From Penicillus capitatus (lineage: Eukaryota; Plantae; Chlorophyta): a stretch of DNA of 64,000 nucleotides. The stretch's first letter is position 1. Each line of letters begins with the position of its first letter. The stretch lies in the NCBI GenBank assembly GCA_965649825.1, contig OZ287705.1, positions 310,001-374,000 on the forward strand. The letters run 5' to 3'. Under the pieces are notes generated by a model, which searched no databases, was not told the origin of the DNA, and saw only the letters and a list, made by a program, of their open reading frames with translations. Both the position numbers and the translations under genes were made by a program. Positions 21,917-34,151 of this stretch are shown piece after piece.

Positions 21917-22415
21917 TTCACAAGCGCAGCGGAAGTCTTGGAAATAGAAGGAGTGATGAGCGGTTCTTGAGGGGTTAGCGACGTTTTGGGAAGTTCAGAG
22001 GTTGCAGCCAAGAGACAACTTGTTACAACTGAGAAGTAGACAGCGAATGTTTTGACGGATTGTATGTGATTCAGAACACAAGTGCAAACTTTGATGTTTT
22101 TTACGAAAGGTGTTTTTATGTGTCAAAACCTTGCTTAAATACTCCGACCCCGATGTGACGACAGGAAAATCAGCTGAACTTCAAGAGTGAGTTCGCAATG
22201 AGGTTCCCACTGAAACCAGGTAATTCATCATGAACTTCTAGAAGTTTCCTAGGAACTTCTTAGGAACTCACTCCCAGTCACCATTACTTATTCGCGACTC
22301 AGCAGCGACGGTTACGTCGCACAGCCAAAGACGCGACAAGTGCCAAGTGACAGGAATATCATTATTACAGAGACGTCCCATCACCGTTTTGTCAGAATTG
22401 CGCCATTCTTTCACA
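21789..22415 (-). repeat. Gypsy 5' LTR; TATTTAA at 22135-22141 and a 3-unit HSE-like motif at 22235-22249
   Basis: Direct repeat of 13999-14625, followed on the minus strand by the PBS. Confidence 0.97.
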
Positions 22416-22420
22416 GTTTC
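22416..22420 (+). other. Right target-site duplication GTTTC
   Basis: Matches 12972-12976. Confidence 0.9.
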
Positions 22421-22734
22421 TTCTATGGAAGATTATCGAAACCCTCATCGTTCGCTCCTCATTGCTAATGGCAACCCTTTGATATCAGCCTACGTTGAGC
22501 AGAATAGACCTCGTTAATGATGAGGACGACGCGGTAATGCCTTCGTTATTCTATCTGTTGTCAAGGTCGGATGAAATAGCACGACCGGCTTCTCTCCGCT
22601 GTCTCTGGCATCAGTCACATCGTGTTCCACGTCTTATCTGCGACGGACAGCACAGCACTGGGATCCGAGTGCACTTGATCACAAGCATTACTGTCAGTGG
22701 CTGGCCACAGGAGAGAAATCGGCGGCGTGCTCCT

Positions 22735-24440
22735 TCACAAGAATGCACTGTTCACTTGTGGCGTACATCTGAAGCAGCTGAATCTCCTTGGGCGGCGCGT
22801 CAGCTGAAGATAGACGGGCCAGTACACATCGAAATCGTACGGAAATCCGCCTCCCAGGCGAAACTGAATGCGAACGGTCAGCCGCACGTACTTTGTATCG
22901 ACCAATCCAAATATCGGACACTTAGTGTTCAATCGCGGCGATTCAAAATCGGTGGGAACGACAAGTGCCATGACGTCCAGACGACGATCCACTTCATCGT
23001 GCTGCCTGAGCTCCGTTGACTGGATCTCGCCTTCTGGCGTCTGCAACTTGACGAAGACGACTTTCTCGAAAGGAAAATGAAATTCGTTGTCCCGGGTCAA
23101 CGAAATGCACAGTCGGAAGTGCTCCCCAGTCGGCACGACATTCACGGGATACCGTGGCAGGTAATCGTCCATAAATTTTCTTGTCTTGATTGCCTCTTGT
23201 TTGTGGAAGGGCGCTTCTGGATATCCCCTTTGCGCAAAGCGTTCGACGTTGATGGCCAGATGCAAGTGCTTATCAAATGCTGCAAAGCAGACCAGCCATT
23301 TCTCCAAGGCACTGTTGCCGACAGTCAGCGTTCCGCGGCCGCAGAAAAACTACACAGCGCAAGAGAGTCCGTCGATGGGTGCCGTGCGTGATGTGACTGG
23401 CGGCGGCTTACATCTTCCAGTTCCTCCATGGGATCCTTGGGCTCGGCGGGGGTCACTCCGAAGACCTCCGATTCCAGAGCTTGCGCCGCCGTGGGGCGTT
23501 CGGTCTTCTGTTCAGAGAGCAATCGAAGGATGAGCTCGAACGCGCGAAGCCGCCGGCTAGTCGAGTCGAGCAGCTGACGCGAGACATCCGTGCCTGACGG
23601 TGTGTCTCCCTCGAGCTGCGCGAGCAGTCGACCCCGCTCTTCAGTGACGTACCTCCTCACAGAGGAGGCGTCGAGTATCGATGCTCCTATGGACACGAGG
23701 AGCCGTTAGAGATCGAAGGGTGCTTTGGTCGAGTGATCTCACCGGTGAAGATTTCGAATGCGATCAGACCCATGGACCACATGTCCGCAGATCCATCTGT
23801 TTCTGTCGAGATCGAGCACTGATCGATGGCCTGTCGAATTTCGGGCGCCGTGTAGCGCGTGGCGCTTCGCTGGTGAAGCGGAAGTGGATTGCCGAATCGT
23901 GTGGCGAAGTCCAGATCTGTGAACTTCCAACAGAAATCGGTCGATGACTTGACGATGTGTGACGGATCCAAGTTGCCGTGGACGATCTTCTGTCGATGCA
24001 GATCACGAAGCGCCGTCAAAATCTGCACAACGCCGTCCGATCGAAACGCAGACGATCGGGCGGAAACGAAGCTACGTTATACACAATGGTCAGTCTTTCG
24101 CCGGGCAGAACCTCGCCAGCGTCGAGTCTCTGAGCTAATGAGTACGCCCCTGCCTCGAAGACCAAGCAAGGAGGCAAGTGTTCTGTCCCCGGAAGCACTT
24201 CGATGAGTCTATAGAGCACATGACGCGTATGATCGTCCCCTTCCCAACGCCGCCCCCAGCGTTCGTCACTTGCAGACGTGTTCGGACTTTTCTACAGTAT
24301 TGTACATCTTGATCGAACTTTTGAGACGTTGTGAAGATCCTGAGCAGGGTGTCAAGAAAACGCGTTGGTCCGTTGAGAGATCGGTTGCGTAGAAACCGCC
24401 TCGTGCATCATGACGTGCGCTCGTTGTCATATGGTATCTG
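22735..24440 (-). CDS. Multi-exon predicted pseudokinase K3 with the recurrent C-terminal domain (5' end unresolved, further right)
   Basis: Motifs RVFLTP, PPCLVFEAG, HGNLDPSHIV, TDLDF, YTAPE, DMWSMGLIAFE and RPTAAQAL. The domain lies in ORF 22735-23307. Confidence 0.85.
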
Positions 24441-26814
24441 CGAAGACATCAGCCGCGCATCCGAGGCAACCAGGCGTCGTACTTGCCAGCGACGAGGCTG
24501 TCGACAGTAGCAACGCCGTTTTGAAAATCTACAGCCGCTGTACTAATCCCATCGACATCATTGACGGCGCGAGGCGGAGTCGGGCATCTCTACCCCCTTG
24601 TCAGCACGTACAGCTGTGCAAAGGAAGCGCACTTTGTCGTTCTGCATACTGCTTGAAATCGCGTTTGAGTGGACTTGAGAGAATTTGTCGCTAAGTGATA
24701 CACTATACGAGTTAAAAGCGTTCGATGGGGTACAAATGATAGAATTTAAGCGAAATGCTGCGATGTGACCTTGCTGAAAAAAAGCTTCTATCAAGAGTAT
24801 GTGGCCTATGTTCGTCTGCGTTTGAAGCCAGTGTGTCAACGTACACGACGGCGCCCATCGGCCTCTCGTTTTCGACTCCTGTGAACGAGCGTCGTTGATG
24901 TTCCATCAGAGGTCTTCTGTTCTTCCCATGTGGCCAGGCTCCGTCATCGTCAACGTTGCTTCCTGGTTTCGGTCAGGCATCTCTCTCGTTGAAGCCCTCG
25001 ATAACCAAAGGCTCAGCGGCTGGAAGATGACGAGCAGTCTCTGTATCTTGCTTGTGGGCAGGCACAGTCTGCTGCGCGGACGAGGCGAATCGGCGCAGCT
25101 ACGCCTGACCAGCTGTGCGAAGGAGTTGCTTCTGTCGTCTGGCAAAGATGCCGCAAGGGCGAACTGCCGTCTTGCAGCCTCTCAAGATGCGCTGCTCTCT
25201 TTTTGTCCATGTGATGTGACTTGGGCGAGGCTGCTGCATTTGAACACCTGATGCCGCACCCGGCAAGAAAGAAGAGGACGTGGAAAGCACACACGGAGTT
25301 CAGAAGAGTGGAATGGGCGATGGTGAATAATGACGATGACAGAGTAGAACTGCTTTGATCGTTCATTTCTTTTGGCAGTCGCCGCAGCGATGACGAATCG
25401 ACTCTCATCTGCGCACGATGGCACAGAGCGGCGACAGATCTTCAGTCGTTTGCACGTTCAACACACCTGTGTGAATGCCGGCTGCCTCTTGAACCTCGTG
25501 AAAACATGTTACTTTGGATCGAACAGAAAACTTCGCTCCTGTACCCTCCAGACTCTGCATGCTAAACGACGGTGTTTAGTATGGCCTGAATCCTGATGCG
25601 ACAGGGTGGGTTTCTAAGTTGACGACTCTGATGTGACAGAAGAAAGAAGGGCGGCGCGACTGCTGCGTTCTCCACAGAGAAAGGAGAGCAACATATGTGT
25701 TCACGATCTCTGTGTGCTAAACGATGGTGTTTTGTTAAACGCGCACACTTCTTCAAATGATTGTCATTGCGAGTCGTCTAAGACGATTAGCGGCCTCACA
25801 GTATCAGTAACCGTTGGCGTTGTGATAGTCAACGTCGCGTCAAGAAGGCCCTGTTTGGCAGGAACGTTTTATTTCCTGTCGCGACAACGGCAAAAATCGA
25901 ACAAACGAATAAGATGAAACCAGATGCGCGTAGGGAGGTGTATTCGCTATTCTGTCGTTCGTTTTGCACAACGCATTCGTCGTTTAGAAGAGACTTACGT
26001 AAAGTACGTCGTCATCCGTCAACATCCAAAGTCGGGAGAAGAGTTACACATCTTTTGTTGCGAACGGGAGCGATTTCTCGGTTACTGAAGGTGGGCATGA
26101 ACGTCCTTTCGAAGAGCTTGAAGAGAGAAGGTGTTTGCCCCGAGAAGGCACGTTTCTCGAGTGACAGATGCCCTCTTGAAATGGACTCCTGATGTGGATT
26201 GAGTCAGGAAGAGGAAGGCTGCGACCAGACCGCAGACACCGAACCGATGGTCACCAGATGTGAAGTCCAGGCCTTCATGCACTGCCTACGGGTGACAGAT
26301 ACACCAGATGGCGACAGTACCTGTATCTCTGTCTTCCTCTCCGGACACACTCAGAAAAGCAAAGGGTGAAGGCATCCAGCGAGTCATTATAGCGTGTCAC
26401 TGCGGATGATCATTTGAAAGGAAACTGCGCCTACGCGTCTGTCGGAAAGATTTGGCTGTCACATCGTGACTGCCTAGATTTCCCAGGGTTCTGTTTCCGA
26501 AGGGGCGCTTACATGGCGTGTCGTCTTACCTGTGACATACGAAGACATGACTGCTGACACATGTGAACCTTTCGCTCTGTAATACGTGAAGCCTGCCGCT
26601 GACAGCGTCAAACGTGTCTTCATTACCACATGTTTTTGTTCAAAACGTCGCCATCGCTTTCTTGTTGAGTACGTTCGTTATCGGACGAGGCACTTGCATT
26701 CGTTGCAGCGGAGCCTCTCGACGTACTTGAAAGGCGAACAAGCAAGATTTGACGAGGACTCCGTCTACTCAGTCGCATTTCTGTTCCTCTCCTTCCAACG
26801 ACAAGCTCCGCCCG

Positions 26815-29800
26815 ATGCGCATGATAAGAAACGGACTGGCTGTCGCTGGTGCCATCCTCTTTCTCCTTGTCTGGGCCGTCGTCAGTCAAACGCCGATCGC
26901 AGGTAATTCCTGACATTCACGAGCAGACGAGCATTCCTTCATGACACAAAGTCCTTTCTCGGCTTGGACCCTCGTCGCGCATCGCATCTTTTCTGCTCGT
27001 CTTCCGTTCGCTTCTTTGTATCTGTGGATACGTCGTCGACTGCGTCTGTGTGCAGACTCGAGATGCAAACTCCCTGAAGACGTTAAAGAAGAACTCCGCG
27101 TCGGTGAAGATCGGACATGGCGTATCACCGAAGCGCTCCAAGAACAGCACGGCATTCAGCAAATCATCGATTGCGCAGAACAAGGCGACGTCGTATCGCT
27201 GGATACTTCGCTGGCGATTCGACCGTCGACGAGAATCGTGATTCAGCGCGATGTGACCATAGTGGGAGGCCAGCGACTCGGCGGACGATCTCCGACGAAG
27301 CGAACTGCGTTCATCTGCCCTCCAGACAAAGGACTGTTTCTTCTGAAGTGCGTCTCGCCTGTCTTCCGCTTCACAAACACACTGTGGACTGCAGAAGCGG
27401 CTTCTCCTTGGTCAACGTTGTTATTAAAGACTGCCATCTGACCGAGGAGCACAAAGTCGCGGCCATCATCGAAGCGGACTCCTGCCAGCAGTCATCTTTT
27501 GTGAGGCCCAAAGTGTATCTTTCCAACGTGCAGTTCCAAAACAACACGAATCGCGGCGGATCTGCGGGTCTCGTCGTGCAAGGTCCGTCGTGTGACGGCG
27601 TGGTCGAACTGCTCGACGTCGCATTCAAGGAGAACGTGTATTCCAAAGCATCCGTGTTGGCGAGAGAGAACACTTTGACGGACGTTCGAGTTGTCGGCAA
27701 TCGAAGAATTGCTAACAACAACCAGGAGACGTCTTTCTTTTGCCTTCCCGACAATTCCTCATCAAAGGTGACGAAAATGACGGCGAAGGACAACGCGAAT
27801 GCGGGCGTTCTTTACGTCGAACGGGGGGAGCTGAACGTTTCGTCCTCTCTCTTCCAGAACAACGCCGGAAAATGGAACGCGGTCGTCGAGACTTTGTCGT
27901 CTTCGCTGATCGTGCGTGAAACGCGTTTTCTCGACAATTCCTGCAAGTGCCGCGCCGTGGCAGTCTTCGGACATCAACCACTGTCGTTTGACTTTTCGTC
28001 TTGTACTTTCGCTGGCAACGTCGCTGACGGCAAGGACAGTGGCGTTGTCTATGCGACGAATCCGCGCGTCCTGCGTTTTTTCCTATGCGATTTCGTCGAC
28101 AACGTCATACGCAGTTCGAATGGAAGGACGGTTGCGTTAGATGGGCTTGACTCGGAGACAAAGGAGGAAGGGCGAGAGATCACGACGGTCGTGGAATTCC
28201 TCCGCTGTCGGTTTTTGAGAAACGCGGCTGCCTATGTGACGGCCGTGCGCCTTTATGAAGTCCGCGCACGAACAGTTTTCTTCCATTCCTGTCACGTGCA
28301 GAACAACACGACACCGGACGATTCCCCTGTGCATCGACAGACAGTGGTCCTTGTGAAGGATAGTTTTCTGCACAATCTCACGATGGCGAACTGCACGTTC
28401 GAATCGAACGACTGCACTCGACATGTGCTGTCGCTCTTCTCCGCCAATGGCACGTTCTGGATCCGAAACACCTCCTTCGCCGACAACAGAACTCCTCAGG
28501 CTGGGCAAGGGAGCACGCTGAATGTACAGAGAAGAACAGTGAGCAACGAGCACTTGTTGGCGCAGAGCGCCTCTGACAATGGAGCCGTCCTCAGTGTGGA
28601 AGATTCAGAGTTCCGAAGAAATGGTGGCGACTTGGCTGGCGGCGCCGTGCATGTGGCAGATGAACAAACGCGGGTGGAGCTGCTCGACAGTCGATTCCTG
28701 GATAATCGCGCTGAGAAGGGCGGGGCGGTTTTCGTAGAGAATGCTCGCTTAGTGGATATCGACAACTGCACTTTCGCGCGGAATAGTGCCACAGATGTTG
28801 GCGGAGCGATACGTCTGCAGAGTGGTAGCGCAGAAATCCGGAAGTGCACTTTCGTTGAGAACACGGGCGAGCACGGCGGTGCGATCGATACCATGACGAA
28901 CATCCTGGTCCAGGACTCAGAGTTCTTCGGAAACAAGGCCAGCATCAGAGGAGGCGCCATGAGTATCAGATGCCTAGAATCTTTTCCTTGCAAGCCACGC
29001 ATTCTCGGATCCGCATTCTGGCGAAATCGAGCAGGCAGATCTGGCGGCGCTCTCCACGTGTACGCGAGCGGAACGTTGCCACTAGAGAACTGTCGTTTCA
29101 TCGAGAACAATGCGACATATGGTGGAGGCATTTCGCTGTTCCGTGTGCGGAAGAGTGCGGGGTGGTACATAACGAACTCGAATTTCTCTCGGAATAGTGC
29201 AGCGACAGGAGGTAAGGCACGAGATCCTTCCTCGTTCAAATCTAACTGGGCTGCCTTGATCGCAGGAGCGATTTCGATAATGGACAGTGCGGAAGAGCAA
29301 TCCTCGAATCGGTCGCAGAACGACGTTGCCGGGAGGTTCTACTTCAGCGGCACCGTCATCACGCAGAACACCGCGACGCTGTCGGGCGCCGGCATCTTCG
29401 CCGAAGATCCATCTCTCCTCAGCATCGACGGGTCATCGGTAAACGTGCCAGAGAAAACGTTCAACTGCCAAACCATGGAGACACCGCCGAGCAGTGCTCT
29501 CGGGAAGATTTTTCGAAACAATACTGTCGTCGGAGGACACGAAGAGAATCTGGCAAGTTTGCCTGTCGGCTTCTGCGTCTCTGTCTTCAAAGGAGGTCGA
29601 CTGGCAGACACCATCTCGGAAGACAGTACGTACGTGCTGCCTCGGTGGCGAAGCGGCGACGATTTCCCAGTCCTGCGCGTGATGATGTACGACCCTTTTG
29701 CGAACATCTTTGCGCATACCAGGAATCGAGACTGCAAGAGAGGGACGACGTCCGTCGACGAGCCAGAGGAGGCGTACGAGCAGCCCGTCAATGCAGTGCT

Positions 29801-31952
29801 GTTTTCAGAAGCGGAAGATGCGTCTATGGGCCGCTTCTTGATGAACAGCGTGTACGAAGACATCTCCTCCGGCGGCGGTAACATATCCGTGGGCAATCCC
29901 TACGTCAAACCAGGACGTTATCGACTCACACTGCTGGTTGAGGGATTCGAGCAACAGAACGTGACGCTGGAAGTCCACGTCCGCGACTGCACCATCGACG
30001 AAGAGTCCGACCGCGACGACACATTCTGTCGTCCTTGTGACTCGAACCAATACAACTTCCAATCGGCAGGCTTGGCGTGGAAGTGCACACTCTGTCCAGA
30101 GAACGCCGACTGCACGACGGAGTTCATACTCCCGAGAAAAGGTTTCTGGAACGCGTTTCCGTGCTCCAACCAGATGGAGCGATGCGTCTACAAAGACGCG
30201 TGCAACTTCACTGGATCGGACAAACTGGCGGCGCTGACCGAGTTTGAAACGCCTTGCGTCTTCAGCGACGACGCCATCGAGCAGTACCAATCCAGTGAGT
30301 GCGCCGAGGAGTACGAGGGTCCGCTGTGCGGGTCCTGTCTTGACGACGCAGGCCGACTGGGAAGCTTCGTCTGCGCGCCCTGTATGTCGGAGTTTCTTTC
30401 CGTCGTCGGGCTTCTTGGCCTTCTGGTTCTCCAGTTGATCCTCGCCCTCTTGCCGATGCGAGAGACACTGAACGCCGAGCGCGATCATCAGGAGGACAGA
30501 ATGACGGCTTTGAGTTTTATGCGACGAACGAGAAGAGCGACACGTCCCCCTGGAAGATACGAATTCGCTGGCGGCGGGCGGAGTTCTCGAGTGAGAACCG
30601 CGATCGTGCGAACTGGAACGACGACGATCCGCTCGAACGCCCGCAAAGCGAGCAGAGCCAAGCAATGTTTTCTTGGAACGTTAAAGGTAACCCTGTCCTC
30701 CGGACGGCGGTCGAATCTCAGTCCTGTCTTATAGATCACTATCAATTTTCTCCAAACAGTGGCTATTGCAGCCTCGTTGGACGTCTCGTGGAACTTCACC
30801 GCCATCTCTTTCTTCAGAACCTGGGGTAAGTAATCGTACTCGAAGAAAGAACGTTTCTATGCAAACTGCGCCTTTTCAGATTCTATGAGCGCTGCTGCCT
30901 CCGTCGGGGCTTCGTTGTTTCTGGACTGTTTGCTCTCCGGCAAAAGTGGAGCTCCACGAACTGTCAAGCGCCAGATCATCGTTGCACTGCTACCAGAGAT
31001 CGTCGCCCTCGTCATTTCGTTGTTCTTTCTTCTGAGAGAGCTAAAGGGGGACAAGGACTGGAACAGACTCCTCAGAAGAGCCATCCTGGCCCACATCGTC
31101 GTCGGCTACAACTCTTATCTCGTACTGGTAAAGGTCGCCATCGATGCATTCAACTGCGTCCGCGTGCACGATGGCATCCGTCTCGAAGACATCGGCATGA
31201 CGCATCGCTACTGGATCGCAGACACGTCTGTGGAGTGCTTCAGCAGCACCCATCTGAACTTCACTCTTGCCGTCTCCGTCCCACTGCTTCTCTTCGCCAT
31301 CCTGTTTCCACTTCTGCTGGTCATTCTTCTGGAACGCGCTCGTGGACAAAACAAGCTCTCGTCCAAGTGGACGCAGGAGACGATGGGATTCCTGTTTATC
31401 GTTTTCGAGGAGAACTACGTCTACTGGGATTGTCTGATCCTCTTGCGAAAGGCCATTCTCTCGGTCATCATCGTCTTCGCCTACAGACTCGGAGGCAATC
31501 TCCAAGGTCTTCTCGTAATGGCCGTCCTCGTCATCGCTCTCTTTGTGCAAACGTATCTCGGTCCTTTCAAAAAGGAACTGGTCAGTTTGAACGTACTGGA
31601 AAGCGTTTCCCTTCTGGTGAGTTTCTTTACTTTTATGTGTGGACTCATTCTGAACAACGAGAGATTTCACGGTGTCCTCATGAAGGGACTCGTCACGGCA
31701 CTGCTGCTCAGCAGCAACGTCGGACTTTTTGTCATTCTCGTTTTCTTCTTGGCGCGAAGCAAGTTGGAACAAGTCAGATTGGAACTTAAGATGATGCAAG
31801 CTGATGCCGGCAACGGGTCTCTTCACCAAATCGCATGGTCTTATCTGACATTCCAGATTGCACGTCTCCGGGGACTGATTGATAAGCAGGACTCGGTCGA
31901 CGACGCGGAAGAGTTAGTTCCGCAACCATCCATTGAGCTTTCGGGGGTGTGA
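26815..31952 (+). CDS. Large cell-surface membrane protein: signal peptide, pectin-lyase-like beta-helix (Pmp-type GGA[IV]/FxxN repeats), Cys-rich region and multi-pass TM C-terminus
   Basis: Exon 1 (26815-26902) encodes MRMIRNGLAVAGAILFLLVWAVVSQ. Repeats of the form F..N.A..GGA[IV] and the Cys-rich CRPC..CTLCPENADC..GPLCGSC follow, then a hydrophobic ORF at 30885-31952. GT-AG introns include 27348-27394. Confidence 0.85.
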
Positions 31953-32919
31953 ACAGCAACTGCTATTCTCCTGTCTCACAAACAAGCGTTTCACAGCGTC
32001 TTTCTTTGCAAATATTCTTTCTCTTCTGCACATTCGTTTGTGTAGCGAACTGAAAGAGCGTTGCTGCTCGATCACGAGTTGCATATTATGGTCGTAAGGG
32101 GGGCGGTTATGGTCTACTGTTTCTTTGAATGGAAAACGTCGAAGATGTTGTGCAGCTTTCGTTGTAAACGGCGTTTGAGTGTTTGGTGTGTCTTTGCGTG
32201 TCTATTGGACGGCATCCATTTCGAAGGTATCCATTATTCAGGGTAGTCTACGCGAGCGGCATGCCGACTCACTGATTTTGATAACTGAAAACAGAATCTT
32301 CTACGCGCAAACAGATTCTGCCTGGACCTTGCAGTCAAGTCACGCATCGTCATAAAAGAAGCTTTCATCATCAGGCCATCCGCCAGCCTAGGAATCACCG
32401 CTGTCATTGCTGCCGACCGGCGAGCGACCTCAGACGCAAACTTCTTCACGACTAAGACAATCGCCAGTGGCGACAGGCAACCAAAAAACGTTCACCCGAG
32501 AGCGGTCTTCGGTACTCGGTAAGTACTCCGGAAAGCGGATAGCTTGAACTAACCCTCTTTGTCACAATGGCTTTTCAGCTGTCGCCTCAAACTCCGTTAA
32601 ATTGTAGGAAAGTCTCGCCGACAGAGCCAACAGAACGAACGACCTACGAGATCTTGTGTGGACTGTGGATTGTCTAGCAGAACGGTGAGTGATACTGTCG
32701 CCGTCTTCAACACTCAAGGACGTAGCTGTCGAGACGAAGCGTGAATGTTTTACATTCTTGTCATCATATTCTGTTGTAAGAACATAAAGGCAGTAAATAG
32801 TTTAGCTTTCGGAGCTGCTGGTTAGTTACAACGCTAGTAAACTTATCTACACAATCTAAAAACGCAAGTACGAAAACTGATACGTCAAAAGACGTGGTCT
32901 TTCGGTGACATCAGCGTCG

Positions 32920-33003
32920 TGGCTAGGGTGACTGCTCAGTCGAGTGACCGAACAGTTTCGACGGCGCCACCCGTCTCATCAGACCCCTTGAGAGTTTTTG
33001 CCG
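32920..33003 (-). ncRNA. Type I hammerhead ribozyme HH1; predicted cleavage between 32930 and 32929
   Basis: Minus strand: ggggt-CUGAUGA-gacgg(gtggcg)ccgtc-GAA-actgttcggtc(actc)gactgagcagt-C-accc. The core is complete, stem III has 11 bp, the triplet is GUC, and stem I is accc/gggt. Confidence 0.9.
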
Positions 33004-33087
33004 ATTTAGCGCTATCCAGTCCCGCCACGAGGAGGCACGGCTCGACGATGCGTTGGCAAACGCACCGCCGTTGGGACCACAATATTT

Positions 33088-33552
33088 GGTGGTAATCACG
33101 AAATGAAATGCCATTTTATGGGATAATCACGAAAGTGCCTTGGGTAATCACGAAATGAAATGCCATTTTTTGGGATAATCACGAAAGTGCCTTGGGTAAT
33201 CACGAAATGAAATGCCATTTTTGTTTTTTCTTTTTTTTTTTTTTTGTTTTTTCTTTTTTTTCTTTTTTGATTTTTTGGGGTAATCACGAAATGAAATGCC
33301 ATTTTTTGGGGTAATCACGAAATGAAATGCCATTCCTTGGGGTGGTAATCACGAAATGAAATGCCATTCCTTGGGGTGGTAATCACGAAATGAAATGCCA
33401 TTCCTTGGGGTGGTAATCACGAAATGAAATGCCATTCCTTGGGGTGGTAATCACGAAATGAAATGCCATTCCTTGGGGTGGTAATCACGAAATGAAATGC
33501 CATTCCTTGGGGTGGTAATCACGAAATGAAATGCCATTTTGGGGTAATCACG
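33088..33552. repeat. 34-bp minisatellite (ggtaatcacgaaatgaaatgccattccttggggt), about 7 near-perfect units plus variant units and a T-rich insert
   Basis: The 34-nt period is readable from 33311 onward. Variant units occupy 33088-33310. Confidence 0.95.
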
Positions 33553-34125
33553 AGGATGTCCTTCCTTCCGGGATTCCTCAACCAGGTCGAAGGGAAGGCC
33601 GCCTACAAGGGACGACCCTCACCCCGCCTTCGGGACTAACGGGTGGGCCCGACGCCGTAGAAGCCGCTCAACAGTCCGCGCCACAACCGTCGCACGATTG
33701 CCGCCATCGACGGCAGCGTCTCATGCGCTGTGTGAAAGGTTCTTTATCGACGGACAACCGAACGACGAGTTCGACGTAGTGGGACCGGAGCTGCGCAACT
33801 GTGGGGGAGTATCTCCCGGAAAGAAGGGCCATCCGAGGATGTCCCCCCAATCCGAGATTCCTCAACCAGGTCGAAGCAAAGGCCGCCTACAGGAGACGAC
33901 CCTCACCCCGCCTTCGGGACTAACGGGTGGGCCCGACGCCGCAGAAGCCGCTCAACGGCCCCCGCCACAACCGCCGCACGATTGCCGCCGTTCTCGGCAG
34001 CGTCTCATGCGCTGTGGTAAGGTCTTCGATAGTACAATACTTCAATATGACGGACAACCGAACGACGCGTTCGACGCATCCGGACTGGAGCTGCGCAACT
34101 ACGGGGGAGTATCTCCCGGAAAGAA
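33552..34125. repeat. Two diverged ~283-bp tandem units (starting at 33552 and 33835)
   Basis: Both units share gaggatgtcc...gattcctcaaccaggtcgaag...cttcgggactaacgggtgggcccgacgcc...gggggagtatctcccggaaagaa. Confidence 0.9.
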
Positions 34126-34151
34126 AGACGAAAAATGGTACGCGTCATCAC

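Larger units (their letters stand above)
13999..22415 (-). mobile_element. Full-length Ty3/Gypsy LTR retrotransposon (8417 bp), apparently intact and recent
   Basis: 627-bp LTRs that read as identical, a PBS, uninterrupted ORFs, and the Gypsy domain order PR-RT-RNaseH-IN. Confidence 0.97.

Noticed and set aside
12977-22415. Nested or independent insertions of the TRIM and the Gypsy
   Set aside because: The 5-bp flanks of each element alone do not match (gtttc/ttgtg and cacat/gtttc); only the composite has a TSD.
27117-30734. 1205-aa ORF as a bacterial (Chlamydia-type) Pmp gene or HGT island
   Set aside because: The ORF starts out of frame in an upstream exon and reads through introns. The gene is spliced and ends in TM helices, not an autotransporter barrel.
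33088-33552. CRISPR-like array
   Set aside because: The units are head-to-tail with no unique spacers, there are no cas genes, and the context is eukaryotic. It is a minisatellite.
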